DNA of 57,453 bases, the filler included, from Basidioascus undulatus (Eukaryota), in NCBI GenBank assembly GCA_000826855.1. It is 7 parts of 7 records of this genome, joined end to end, with 100 filler letters (N's around TTAATTAATTAA, not from the genome) between each part and the next. Parts side by side here need not be neighbours in the genome. Positions count along the whole stretch, not along the records: positions 8,248 to 16,366 come from JTLS01001435.1; positions 16,467 to 24,598 come from JTLS01001436.1; positions 24,699 to 32,814 come from JTLS01001437.1; 4 more parts are not named here. One strand, given 5' to 3'. Below, in pieces: positions 12,218 to 24,864 of the stretch; position 1 is the stretch's first letter; each line of letters opens with the position of its first letter. A program made the position numbers and the translations under genes. The notes under the pieces were generated by a model, which was not told where the DNA came from, ran no database searches, and was given only the letters and a program-made list of their open reading frames with translations.

Positions 12218-12899
12218 GCTGGATGGTCACGGGTGATGCATGGGGGCATTGGGAGGCACGGGCGAGGGGACGACCTGCGATTCTGGCTATATGAGACATC
12301 TTAATTCTACAGTACCCGCTTTCCAGTGATGCTGCGCCTTTATGAAGGAGAGCCTGGGTTTGACTTTGGCAAGATCTTGCCCGGCTTGACGGGTTGGGGA
12401 GGGCGGCGAGTCCAGGTTGGCAGTCTCGCATCAGAGCTGCTCAGGCGCGCGACGCCCTTGTGCAATGTGAGCGAAGTCCTCATCCGGAAGGTATACGATG
12501 CCATCTCCACTTTAATTCTCACATCAGGTATTGGGTCTTGGAGTGGTCTGACAGGCTGCCCAGCCGTTGACTGGTGCATGTTCGTTTAAGGGACATCCGC
12601 CTAGCTGTTGTCAATTGACCTTCTGGTCGAGGCCTTCTCACCGAATGGTAGTTCTTCTTTATTCCATCTTCTCCCGTAACCAACAGCGGCGGGTTCAACG
12701 GTCCGGCGTTGCTGCTTTAGGCAGTCTCCGGCGCGGTGACTTTGAAGGTCGTTAGGGCGGACAGTCGCAAACGACGGGAGGTGTCGTCGCCGTGCACTGA
12801 AAGCACTGCGCTGTGAAAGATATAAAGTAAAAGAAAAAGTTGAACTCGACCTTTCCTTGCACAACTTCCCACATCGTCTTCTACCCAGACGCTAGCAGC

Positions 12900-14430
12900 A
12901 TGAGCGCACCCGCCGAATCCGCTACTCCCTCTCGGCGCGTTGCAGTCGTGACGGGTGTAAGCCCTTGCACAACCCACCAACCTACTGTATTCCACAACCT
13001 GCTCAATTGATAACGCTCTCCCTCATTTTCCAGGCAGCCCAGGGCATCGGCCTGGCCATCGCGCTCCGGCTCGCGCGGGACGGTCTAGACGTCGCGCTGT
13101 GGGACCACCCCGCGTCCGAGGCTGCGTCTCGCGGGGGCGCTCGAGCAGGTCAAGGCGTCCGTGGGGGACGGTGTGAGGGCGATTATCCCCACAGGCGACG
13201 TGAGCCACGAGGCGAGCGTCCAGGAGGGCGTCGATAAGGTCGTGAGCGAGCTGGGCGGCGTTGACGGTGAGTTTTCATACCCGGTTGTGGGGTGTGGGAA
13301 GCGTGTGCTGAAATCTGAGGCCAGTGTTTGTCGCTAATGCGGGAATCAACTTCATCAACTGTTCTTCTACATCACCGTTGCGGATTGGGACAAGATGTAG
13401 GCTGGTTGACAATCAGCTCTGGTAGACTCACCGCTTACATGTTCGGACTGCGTTTTCAGCTTCGTCGTCAACGTGCGCGGCGTGTTCCTAAGCTACAGTA
13501 GATGAAAAGCTGCAGCTTCACACTATTTCAAACTCAGCCGGTCATTGCTACTGCTGGCCGTCAGAGATCGCTGGCCGGCAGATGGTGAAGCAAGGGCGCG
13601 GAGGGAGGCTCATCGGCGCCGCGAGCATTGGAGGGTGCGTTGAGCCCATAGAACTCTACACTATCTCAAGCTTCTATCCTTGAGAAGGGTACTAACACTT
13701 TACCTGCAGACTGAAGCCTCAGCTTCACCTCGCAGCTTACTGCACCAGGTCTGTCCGCCGCCACTGCGAGCCTTACTCCAACCTCCTCTGACTGACTGTG
13801 CACCGAACTTCTGCAGCAAGTTCGCTGTGCGCGGTGTCACACGGGATACGGCGCTTGAACTTGCCAAGCACCAGGTCCGTTGATCCTTTCAACTCCCTCT
13901 GAGGTTGCAGCGCGTTGAACAACCAACTTGCGGCCGCGAGCAGATCACCTGCAACTGTAAGTCCCAACCCATGGATTTCTGGTTTACCTACGTTTGTCTG
14001 AATCGTGAGGACAGGCTACTGCCGGGGTATCGTCGCAAGCAGCCCCATGTGGAAGAAGGTCGAGGGCGGCGTCACTGCCATCGACCGAAGGGGATGCGAA
14101 GACGATGTGCGTTCTCTTTTTCTTTCATTTCAAAACAAGGCCACACATGGAGCTAACCAACTTGCTCATGCAGTTCCTCAAGGAGACTGTAGGCAATTAT
14201 TTATGTTTTCAATCGTCAAGTAGATATCTAACGGATCCCGCAGCCTCTCGGTCTCACATCTGTGCCGGAGGACATTGCTGGTTACGTCTCGTTCTTGGAG
14301 AGCAAAGACGCCGACTTCGTTATCCGCCCGAGTGTGTCTCTTCCATTTCTGTTTCAAGTTTGCACGAGTACTCCTTCCGGTGAAATCTTTGTCCCAGGCT
14401 GCATCGTGGACGGCGGCATTCGCATGTCTT
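12900..14430 (+). pseudogene. Short-chain dehydrogenase (acetoin/diacetyl reductase-like), frameshifted
   Basis: VAVVTG/AAQGIG, VFVANAG, VNVRGVF, GRLIGAAS, YCTSK, PEDIAGYVSFL, IVDGG; frameshifts within exons near 13127 and 13360. End approximate. Confidence 0.8.
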
Positions 14431-14748
14431 GCACGTGCCTGGCGAAGCGGTCAAGGGTGGGACTCTGTCTCGTCGAAGGGATTCGAAATCAATGGCATTG
14501 TGCGCTGTAACCGCTTGAATGCAGACACGTTGAACACGGTGGTTGGGTCTAAAAACTGTAGGCATCCGTTCTCGCTGTGTCGCCGTGAGGCCTCTCGCAC
14601 AATGCAAGGCTTGGTGCGGTCACTACCACAGACCGGGCGGGTGGCCAACTCGGCATGCACAAGAAAATCCATGTGAAGTGCAACATTACATCAACCCGAC
14701 AGGTCTTCGAAACCACCCCAGCACAGCCAGTCAAATCGCTCTCACGCG

Positions 14749-16215
14749 TCACTGGAAACGCCGCGCATCCTCCGGAAACAGGTCTGCGGGATGATCCGGG
14801 ATCCCTTCCGGGATCGGAAGCGAGAACTCCACGTTCTCCATATGCTGTACTTCCGCCATCGCCTCCGCGACTACCTCGGCCTGCGCGTTGCTACCCGCGG
14901 CGAACGCGAATGGGACGGGAGACCTTCGATCCGCCGCGTGGGCTTTGAGCTGCACCATGTGGTCCACCTGGCACTTGCTGTGGAGAGGGGGGCTCAATCA
15001 CCAGATGTGTTCGTTCTTAAAGAAGATCCACGAGGAAAGGGGGGCGTACGCCATAAGAACTAAGGCCTGGCACGACGGGTCGGTGGTGATGTCAGACTGA
15101 GCGAGCTTCTGGTCATACAGATTCTTGCCCCTCGCGCACATCTCCATGATGCGGCGCCGCGCTCCGATGGACGGGGAGAGTCCGAGGGCAACGAGGTAGC
15201 TCAGCCAGTTGGCCTGAGGAGAGCTCCGTTCGCTAGGCTGGTCGTGCGCGCGTTCGAAGCGGGTGGGCATGGCGTGCGGGAGAGCAAGCACGCGCTGCTT
15301 GAAAAGGGGCTGCAGGACGAGGAGGGAGAAGCCGCACAGGGTGGTGCTCAAGGTGGTGAGGTTGAGGAGAGAGGAGAACGGGAGTAGGACGCGACAAGAG
15401 CGAGAATGTGAGGAGGGAGCAAACAGAGCTGGTCCGCCTTCGAGGGAGAAGCGCGAAAGGCAGGCAGGCGGGAGGAAGCGACGGTACGAGGGAGGTGCGG
15501 GAACCTGGGAGAAGAAAGAGGGTCAGGAGCTGATGGGTGGGGCCAACGCTCGATGACATTCTTCAGAAAGCTCACTCGTTCGGCGGTGATCCAGCTCTCC
15601 ACCGCGCCTTGCTCGGCACGAGTCTCGAGTTGCAGGGCATCTCCAGCGGCGCGACGTTGACTTTCCTGCCTTTTCCAATCTTCACCTCTTTCCTATTCCC
15701 CCCGACCGTCACGTACAGCTCCCCTTCGGCGTCCCTGCGGCTGAGCACGACCGCGTCGAGGCCCTGCGGAACGCCGAGCCGCCCGAGCTCGACGAGCTGC
15801 CCGAGCTCGACGAGCTGCCCGAACTAGGCGAGCTCGACGAGGTCCTCCTTAGAATCTGAAACGTCGAAAGCTTGGCGTCAGAGAGCTAGGTAGAGTTGTG
15901 GGCGATGAAGAACTGAAGAGTGCATGCGGCCCCAGCGTCAGTCGAAGCGGGCGTTCTGAAATGCAGTTCGGGAATGGGGGTTCGCCGGCTCACCGGGCGC
16001 ACGCCCTCCTCGTGGGTGGTGATCGTCTTGAACGACGTCCCTTCACCTCCCTCGAAGTTTCCGGGAGACGTGCAGACCAGCGGGGCGACGCAGCCGATAA
16101 GGAGGAACGCCGCGCCCGTGTAGGTGCTGAAATGCTTGCGCTGCGCAGGACTCATCGCGTCGTGCACCGGCGAGGGCCCGACGGGGGTGGCTGAGAGTAT
16201 GGGGAAGCTATCCAT
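14749..16215 (-). pseudogene. Decayed hypothetical protein gene
   Basis: ORFs 14998-15351 and 14749-14997 are in one frame separated by a single TGA; further stops and frame changes lie upstream; coding-like codon pattern, family not recognised. Confidence 0.4.
15781..15821. repeat. 18-bp tandem repeat (GCCCGAGCTCGACGAGCT x2 + partial)
   Basis: Read directly from the sequence. Confidence 0.85.
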
Positions 16216-16366
16216 GTTTCTAAAGTCGTAAATACAGGTCCAGTCAAGGGAAGCGAGAGTGTCTGACCGGCAAACGGAGCAGGCCATTCTGTCTGAATGC
16301 GCCGGTGGGGGGTAAGGGAAATGCACGATCGCTTTCATGAGCCTGCGTTGGGTTCGTTGCGGTCGG

Positions 16367-16466
16367 NNNNNNNNNNNNNNNNNNNNNNNNNNNNNNNNNN
16401 NNNNNNNNNNTTAATTAATTAANNNNNNNNNNNNNNNNNNNNNNNNNNNNNNNNNNNNNNNNNNNN
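16367..16466. other. Artificial contig linker
   Basis: Same 100-bp N/TTAATTAATTAA spacer. Confidence 0.99.
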
Positions 16467-16467
16467 A

Positions 16468-16540
16468 TGACCACTGCAGGGCTCGATCCTGCGACATTTT
16501 GCGTGTTAAGCAAACACTTTACCAACTGAGTTAAGCGGCC
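16468..16540 (-). tRNA. tRNA-Val(AAC), intronless
   Basis: GGCCGCT/AGTGGTC acceptor stem, TTTGC-TT AAC AC-GCAAA anticodon arm; one substitution relative to the copy at 45167. Confidence 0.9.
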
Positions 16541-17001
16541 AATGCTTTCGTGCTTGGTATGTAAACCTATGTCTACCAAAGCCAGTGGAAGTATTGGGCG
16601 GTATGGGAGGGGGAACATCGAGCCTCCGGGCCTGTCACTGGACTCCGGTCAGTGGCCTAGGCGAACCGATTCCGGACTCGGGCTGAAGAATGATTTCGCC
16701 CTTTTTCTTTCCTCCTATTTGATACATTTATTTATATATGCTGCATTGACGGTGGGGTGGATAGACGTCTGAGCGAGTCTGAGTGAGAGAAGTCTGCGAA
16801 AGTCTGCTTCCATGGGTGAGTGGATACCGGGCCGGCTGCGGACCGTACTTCCCCACGCGCACTTCGCGGCGAACTGAGAGCAAGAATCCAGATGTTGAAG
16901 GTCGACTTGGCCCCGGCGCAGTTGATCTCGTTCACCCGAATCTCTCTCGTCCATCGTCCCCATCGATAACAATACGCGAAAATAGAGCATCTGAAACTGC
17001 A

Positions 17002-19745
17002 ATGGCCCTCGCGTCGGGCTCCTCGTCGTCCCCCAACAGCGGGAGCACGCCGGGAGGCGTGAACGGGCATGGCGGATATGGGAATGGCGTGCGGATGCCC
17101 ACGCAAGCAACGGGGAGGAGTCGGTATGCGCGTAATGCGAGCATTGTGTTGATTGGGATGCGCGGAGGTTAGTCTTGTCAAGCTGGTGTCGGCGTGGGTC
17201 GTAGTCAGGCTGACGATGTCACTCTTCTCCCCGTCTTCTCTCCCCAACTCGGCACTCCCCTCCCCCTCCCCGTCCCCTCCTCGCCCCATACTCCTCGCCC
17301 CCCACCGCAACCAAATACACAAGTCGGCAAGCGCACGCTCACGCTCATCGCGTCCAAAGCGCTCGGACGGCAGGCGCTATCAGCGGACGCGATCTTCGAG
17401 GCGCAGGCGGGGCAGACGATCTCTGCGTTCATCCATGCGTACGGCTGGGACGCGTTCCGCGCGCGCGAGTCGCAAATCCTCGGCGCGCTCCTCCTCCGCC
17501 ACCCGACGGACAAGATTGTTGTCTGCGGCGGCGGCGTCGTTGAGCTCCCGCAGAACCGCGAGATGCTGCGCGAGTTCGGCGAGGTCCATGGTCCCGTCAT
17601 CCACGTGCTGCGGGAGAAGGATGTCGTCTTGCGTTATCTGGATGAGAAGTGAGCTCGCGTTGAAGAATGGTTGGGGAGACGGGGATGGCATGATACTCAC
17701 GCGCTTGCGTGGACAGCAAACACTTCCCCGCCTACCTGTACGACACCGCTGCTGAGGCGTGGGACCGGCGGGAGATACTCTATCGCCAAACGAGCTCGCA
17801 CGAGTTCGTCTCCCTTACCGTCCCCTCCCTCTGCTCGCCCTCGCGCCCGCCGTCCCCCTCCTCCTCCACGTCCGACACGTACACCCTTTCCCTCAAACCC
17901 GTCGAAGCCGACTTCCTGCGCCTCCTCCGCTTCATCCACGGCGTCGACACGAACCACGCCCCGCTCGGCCCGCACGCGCCGCGCACGTACTTTCTTGCGC
18001 TCACGTACCCAGACGTTGCGCACGCCCTGCCCGTCCTGGAGGACATCAGCGTCGGCGTCGACGCGCTGGAGCTACGCGTGGACCTCCTCGCGCACCCGCA
18101 CGACCCGACCTTCCTCGCCTTCCAGGTCGCGACGCTCCGCCGCCACTCGGATCTTCCGATCGTATTCACCGTGCGGACGGCCGCGCAGGGCGGGCATTAC
18201 CCGACGCCGACGGACGAGGCCGCGCTCGACCGCCTCGAGTTTCTCATGTACCACGCGCTTCGCCTCGGCGTCGACTACCTCGACATCGAGATCGTTACGT
18301 TCCCACCGGAGCGCGCGCGTGCGCTCGTGCAGGCCAAGGGGAACACGGTCATCATTGGAAGCTATCATGACGGGACGGCGCGCGCGAGCTGGACCGCGCC
18401 CGAGACGATGGTGCTATACGAGCAGGCTGTCGGGCTCGGCGCGGATATCGTCAAGATTTGCTATACGGCTAGGACGTTCGAAGACAACCTCGCGCTTAGG
18501 ACGTTTGCCAGGACAGTACAGCCGAGGGGCGTCCCCCTCATGGCGATCAACGTGGGGCCCGAGGTGCGCTTTCTCCACTCCACTCCCTTCCCTTCGCCCT
18601 CCTCCCTTCTCCATCCGACTGACTTCGCCACCCCCCACGCAACAGGGCAAGATCTCGCGCGTCCTGAACCCCGTCCTTTCCCCCGTCTCGCACCCGCTCC
18701 TCCCCACGCAGTCCGCCCCCGGCCAAATTAGCTTCGCGGAATCCCAGCAGATCCTCTACCTGACGGGCCTGTTGCACGCGCGCGAGTTCTACCTCTTCGG
18801 GCGGCCGATCCAGCACTCTCTCAGCCCCGTCATCCAAAACACCGCGTTCGCCGAGATGCACTTCCCGCACAAGTACGCGCTCCACGAGACGCGCACGGTC
18901 GAGGAGCTCCGGGCCGTCATGGCGAGGCCGGAGTTTGGAGGTGCCAGCGTCACGATTCCGTATAAGAGGGACATCATGCCCTGTGCGTTTCTCTCCCTCC
19001 CCTTGTCTTTCCTACTGTGGCAAGTTCTCGCTCATTCCGTGCGTTGCCCTGCCCAGACCTCCACCATGTCTCCGCGCACGCGCAGGCGATCGGCGCAGTG
19101 AACACGGTCATCCCGACGTCGTCTGGGCTGTATGGGGAGAACACGGACTGGCTGGCGATCAAGAAATGCATCGCGCGCTCGCTCGCGCCCGCGCTCGCCG
19201 TGACGTCCTGCACGACGGCGCTCGTCCTCGGCGCGGGCGGCACCTCGCGCGCGGCGATCTACGCGCTTCTCCAGCTCGGCGTCGTCAACATCTTCCTGCA
19301 CAACCGCACGCGCGCAAAAGGCGAGCAGGTCAAGCGCGAGTTCGAGGACCCCGCGCGGAGACTCGACGACATGCTTACTCTCACTGTCCCCGACTCGCTC
19401 GACCCCGCCGCCATCTCCCCCCCCCCGACTATCATCCTGTCCACGATCCCAGGCGTCCCCGTCGACGCGGAGGACACGCGCCCGCCCGACTTGGGGCTCA
19501 CCCCGGCGCTCTTCGCCGAGCGCGGAGGCGTCGCCGTCGAGCTCGCGTACGCCCCGCGTATGACCCGCTTGCTGGAGCTCGCGGGGCAGGCGAAGGGCTG
19601 GACGCAGGTCGAGGGCGTCGAGGTACTGCTCGAGCAGGGGTACGAGCAGTTTCGACTGTGGACCGGGCGGAGGGCGCCGAAGCGCATCGTTAGGGAACGG
19701 GTCATGCATGCGTTCGACAACCAGATTGTTCAGTACACCTTCTAA
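17002..19745 (+). CDS. QutR/qa-1S-like three-domain protein: shikimate-kinase-like + type I 3-dehydroquinase + shikimate/quinate dehydrogenase (C-terminal half of AROM)
   Basis: SIVLIGMRG/VGKRT, GWDAFRARE, CGGGVVE; DALELRVDLL, PIVFTVRT, GSYHD, ADIVKI; GRPIQHSLSP, GASVTIPYK, IGAVNT, GENTDW, LGAGGTSRAA, GVEVLLEQGYEQFRLWTG; five canonical-type introns. Confidence 0.92.
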
Positions 19746-20335
19746 TCTCGTTCCTCCCTTTCCCTCCCCCTTTCCCTCTCCCCTTTCCGTTCTCCCTTTC
19801 CCCCCGGTCTTTCCCGCCCGACACGCCGCCAATTCTCTCTACCTCCATTACCTTTGTCATTCCGGGTTGCCTTCGACTTTTCTGCTTCGGCGGCCTAGGC
19901 AAGCAGATGCATATCGACCCTCTGTTGTACAGCTGCTTCTCTCCTGGAAGAGGACTGGGTTGATCTGTATACGTACCCAGAATGAGCGTAGTGAACAGGA
20001 GACCGAGCGAGTCAGGGCCAAACAATCTATCAGCACCGTGTACTCGTGCACAATTAAAGTTGTTTAGCTTTTTTTCGCTGGGGTTATACAATAAATGCAT
20101 GCCGCCGAAATTGCACCCAATAATGTGTTACAAAGGTGCTTGAACAATGCTGGTTTATCCTAGGCTTGCTCTGAGGATGACGGCGATCAGGCTACTCAAT
20201 CCGGATGCAAATTGCAGAAATTCGGGACGTCGCGCGTGCAGCGCTCGCTCGCTCTTGTCTTCTCCCAGCTCCTCGCCCTCCCTCTCATCCCCGCACTCCC
20301 CCCTTGTCCTCCGAACCACCCCCAACACCCCATCC

Positions 20336-21297
20336 ATGCTAGACTCCCACGCCTATCTCACCAAGCACGGGTGGAAGGCCGGTACCGGGTTCAAGCCGAA
20401 CGCGATCTCGCGCCCGCTTCCCGTGGCGCGCAAGCGCAACCTCGGCGGCCTAGGGAAGGACCGGGATGACGGGCACTTGTTCCACTCGACGTGAGTTTCA
20501 GGTGGCAAGGATGGTCGATGGAATAGTCGGGAGGCAGGCAGGGCAGTGGGCGCTTGGGCTGATGAGAGGGGGGGGGGAAGGCTGTTCGATGCTGCGGCGA
20601 AGGCGCTGCAGATCAAGGTGCATGTGAGCGACTCGGAGGAGTCGGAGGATGATGAGCCTGAAGAGGTGTGATTCCATCCAACATCTCCTAACTCTGGACT
20701 CGTGTACTCATCCCAACCCGGCAGACCGCCCCCACCCCCTCGACCTCCTACCTGCGCACGTCCACGGGGCTGATCTCCACGCGGGGCACGCCCCAGTCGG
20801 GCGCATCCACACCGCCTACGTCGGGTATGTCCACCCCCGCCGCAGGCCCATCCGCGAGCACTTCCGCATTCGCCGCTGCCAAGCGGGATGTGGCGCGTGC
20901 GCGCCTGTACGCGCGGTTCAAGCAGGGGCAGACGTGGACCGGGCGCGAGGCGGAGGAGGCGGAGGCGGCGCGGACGGGCTGGGAGAAGGGCGCGCAGCGC
21001 GTGAAGGCGGGGACGGTGCAAGTGCAGGTAGAGTTTGCGAGGAGGACTACGCTCGTTGAGGAGGGCGACAAGAGTCGGGCGGAGGGGAAGGGGGATAAGG
21101 AGAAGAAGAAGAAGGGGAAGAGGGATAGGGAGGGCAAGAGCAAGGGCAAGGGCAAGGTAGAGGTGGATGACTTGTGGAAGGTGTTGGCTGGGGGTGGGGA
21201 GGCCGGAGAGGGTAAGAAGGAGAAGAAGAGGAGGAAAGAAGGGGAGAAGGAGCGGGAGGGGAAGGAGAAGCGGCGACGAAAGGAGAGGAAAGAATAG
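20336..21297 (+). CDS. TMA23: Tma23-like nucleolar G-patch protein
   Basis: MLDSHAYLTKHGWKAGTGF..ISRPL..GLGKDRD, LFD, LYARFKQG and a K/E-rich tail; two introns. Confidence 0.8.
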
Positions 21298-22257
21298 AGG
21301 ATTATTGCCTGTCGTCTGCATTATACCCCGAATGTGTTCGCATGATCCCGCTGGATCTGAGAACGGACGCGTCGCGCTTGAGATGACAGCCGCGTACGAA
21401 GACTAACAAGAACACCCGGGCCAAACGGCGACAACCTTTCGTGTGCTGACTTCGCCTCCGACTATCGTTTCGGATCATTTACTGAAGAACAATAGGAGCA
21501 CTTCTCAATAAGTCCATAGGATGCTGTAGTAGTGCTGTGAGGGCCGTGAGATGCAGCCGATCCCAGACTCGTTTCCAGGCCTCAGGCGTGTTTCGCATGT
21601 GCTGCCATCATGCTAGCTATACTGAGCTGATATGCTTGTTGAAGCTCCCATCTAGTTGTTCCAAAAGCGTAATGACCGACAGGGACGCGCACTTCGCATC
21701 ACTATCACTCAGTGTTGCGCGCAGCCTACACCGGCACCTCGAGCCGGATCAGCCGGAGCGCCTCGCATGACGCCCTCAACCCGGCCAAGCTCTCTAGCCT
21801 CCAGAATTGCGCAACGATCAAGTCTTTGGTGATTTGGCAGTGGGCGGACACTCCCGGGCCCCACCTCACGTGTGGAAAGGCCACCAGCGCCCGGTTGTGC
21901 AGTCGGCTCGACCGGCACATTGGGTCTGCTCGTACCTTGCCCGCTCCCTCGCGGGACCCCACACAATAACTCACGGGCTAAAGTAGCCACATGGCAAGAT
22001 CGAAGGCTCTTGGCGGGGCGGGGCCAACTGCCCATTGCCAGGCCAGCGAGATGAGCGAAAACGAAGGCGGCGGAGGCTTCCAAGGAAGGCTTGCTGGGGC
22101 GGCTGCCGGCTGCGGCTGGTCGTTCGAGAGAGGCTGAGGATGATGATGCTCAGAAGCATTAAAAGGAGAGTGGGGCAGTAAGAACTCCCCCTTGACCCAT
22201 ACCTGTAACCACCGCACTCCCCTGCTAGAAGCTTGGCTGTAGACGACTCCAGACGAC

Positions 22258-23598
22258 ATGGCGACCATCAGCGAGAAGAACCAGGACCACTCCTCCTCTA
22301 CCCTTGCTGGGAACGGACACCCTGCAGCTGTATGTCTACGTATTTTATTCTTTACAAATCTTCCTTCATTCACTGAACTCACTGCATTCTCTTGAAAAGG
22401 AGAACGGCAATGCCGCGCTCGCCAGGTTCATCACTCCTGGCGGTCACCCCATCGACAACTCGCAGCCGGCGTTTCCCATCTGTATGTGGACCTAAATATA
22501 TTTAATAACAATGTGTGGCCTGATGCACATACTTTCGTACCTTTCCAGACCACCGCAAGATCGCCAATCCCGCGCCTCTGGGTCTCTGCGGTTTCGCAGT
22601 GACGACTTTCATCCTCAGGTCCGCCAACCACCTCCTTCTGATGTAGGCGGGCACGATGCTAACGCAAACTTCCCGTCTTCAGCATGTACAACCTCTCGGT
22701 CCGCGACATCACCGTCCCGAACGTCGTCGTAGGCTGCGCACTCGGCTACGGCGGTCTGGTGCAGCTTCTCGCTGGTACGTGGGCTCGACCCCCCTCAGTC
22801 TGTCGAAAAAAAGCTGATATTTTCAACAGGCATGTGGGAATTTGCTGCGGGCAAGTACGTATTGAGAATTGACTGGCTGCCTACCGCCCGAGTAGGCAAG
22901 AGCTGACAGACCTGCTGTCGTTCAGCACTTTCGGAGCCACGGCGTTCTCGTCTTATGGGGCGTTCTGGTAAGTTTGGTCTGATTTGAGCTTTAACATAAC
23001 GTCGGGTTCTGACGCTCTCTTTCGCCGTTGTCCTACAGGATCTCCTACGCCTCGCTGTACATCCCCGGCCTCGGGATCCGGAAGGCCTACGCTGAGGATG
23101 CGGCCATGTTCGCAAATGCAGTGGGTGTGTATCTAATTGCTTGGGAAATCGTAAGGCTTTTCCTTGTCCTGTTGTGGCACTGCACTGCGACTGACGGCGT
23201 TGCTTCTCCGTGCACGCAGTTCTGCCTGATCATGCTCATGTCCTGCCTCCGCTCGAGCGTGGCGCTCGTCACCGTCTTCGTACTCATCAGCATCACCTTC
23301 CCCCTCCTGTTTGTCCAATGCTCTCTTCATTCTCCCTGTGCCAACCCTGAAGCGTCGCGCGCGCAGCATCGCCGGTGAGTTCACGCACAACCAAGCTTGC
23401 GTCAAGGCGGGCGGTGTCTTTGGCCTGCTCACGGCCTTTGCGGCGTACGTAGAGTCCTTGGTTTATGTTTGGTGCAGATCAAGTACTGATCAGAGATGTA
23501 CGGATAGGTGGTGGGTCGCCTTTGCGGGCCTGATGGATGCGCCGTCCACGGCGTTCAAGGTGCCTGTGTTCGAGTTGAGCCCGAAGAAGGGGGAGTGA
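22258..23598 (+). CDS. GPR1/FUN34/YaaH (Ady2-like) acetate/ammonia transporter
   Basis: [55 protein letters not shown]; many short introns. Confidence 0.93.
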
Positions 23599-24297
23599 TG
23601 AAGCAGAGGGATCTATTTCTTTCTGATTGTAGAACGTTTAATTTGAGAAGTGAATATTGCTTTTCGGAGAAAGTGGTGGCTGGCAGCGGCTGCGGGGTTG
23701 GTCGTCTGCATTTCGGTCGCGTGCAACACTTTCAGCAGCTCCAGCACTGCAGCGCCAACTCGTCAGGTCACTTAGGGTTATAAAAAGCCCATAAACAGAC
23801 TGCACATAACCTGGGCCGTTGAGACAGACGCTTTATGAAAGAAGAAGGGAGCGAAAAGTGAAAGCTGAAATCGGCTGCGTTGCCCACGAGGCCGCCGTCC
23901 ACCCTCACTTCTCGCACTTATCACTGTCCCACAGCCGTTGACAATGCCCACCATCTTCTCGTCCTTTAGGGTTATGCCTCCGTACTCGATGTTTCCTGAC
24001 TGGCCATTCAACTCACCATCATGAGCTGAGCGCAGCAGCCGGCAGGGTGGGTTGACGGCGTCGGAGCCAGGGCACCTCACTGTGTTCTGTCCCGCTTTTG
24101 GGACGATTCGACTTATACTCAACTGTCAGAGTGTTGTGGCGTGGAAAGCAAGTCAATCGACGACGCAGCGAACCTCGCTATTACAAGTACAATACTTGTT
24201 CCCTTTGACGCGGTCGCGTCTCTCTCGCAAACACGTCCGACCCGTTCTATCATCACGCCCTCTGCGTCTGCCTTCCCTCGCTCTCGGTCGGCGGGCG

Positions 24298-24598
24298 ATG
24301 ACCTTCTTCTCGCCCTCTTCGTCTACCGCGTCCTTCTTTTCTGACGCGTCCACCGCGTCGCTCAACCACCCGCGCGTGCCGCCGCCGTTCGCCCCGCCGT
24401 CCGATACGACGCCCACGCCCGCAGACTCGGACGCAGACTCGGACGATCCCGACGCGCTCGACTCGCATGCCCGTCTGCGCGCACTCATCGACAAGATCGA
24501 GGCTGCTGCGTCCCCACTCAAGTCTTCCCTCTCCCACGCTGAGCTCGTCGAGCCGGACATGAGCGCGCTGTGCAGGTGCGGCGCAAGTAGCATCGCCG
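24298..24598 (+). CDS. N-terminal fragment of an unknown protein (truncated)
   Basis: GC-rich S/P/D-rich open frame from ATG 24298 with a donor-like GTGCGG near 24576; runs into the contig edge. Confidence 0.45.
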
Positions 24599-24698
24599 NN
24601 NNNNNNNNNNNNNNNNNNNNNNNNNNNNNNNNNNNNNNNNNNTTAATTAATTAANNNNNNNNNNNNNNNNNNNNNNNNNNNNNNNNNNNNNNNNNNNN
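24599..24698. other. Artificial contig linker
   Basis: Same 100-bp spacer. Confidence 0.99.
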
Positions 24699-24864
24699 AC
24701 ACCGCGCTCGACCCCCCACCCCCTCACCCGATAACCGACAGCCCCGTCCCCGTCTTCGCTTCGCATCAGCCCACCCTATTGCTTTCTTTCTCGAATCCCA
24801 TTCCCGGACGCGGGTCGTCCGACTTCTTTCTTCTCTTCTCCCTCCCCCTCCCCTCCCCGCCGTC

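Noticed and set aside
17671..19832. Long overlapping or antisense ORFs (for example 17671-19101, 19032-19832, 20353-21321)
   Set aside because: Shadow frames of GC-rich coding sequence; R/P/A-rich with no motifs.
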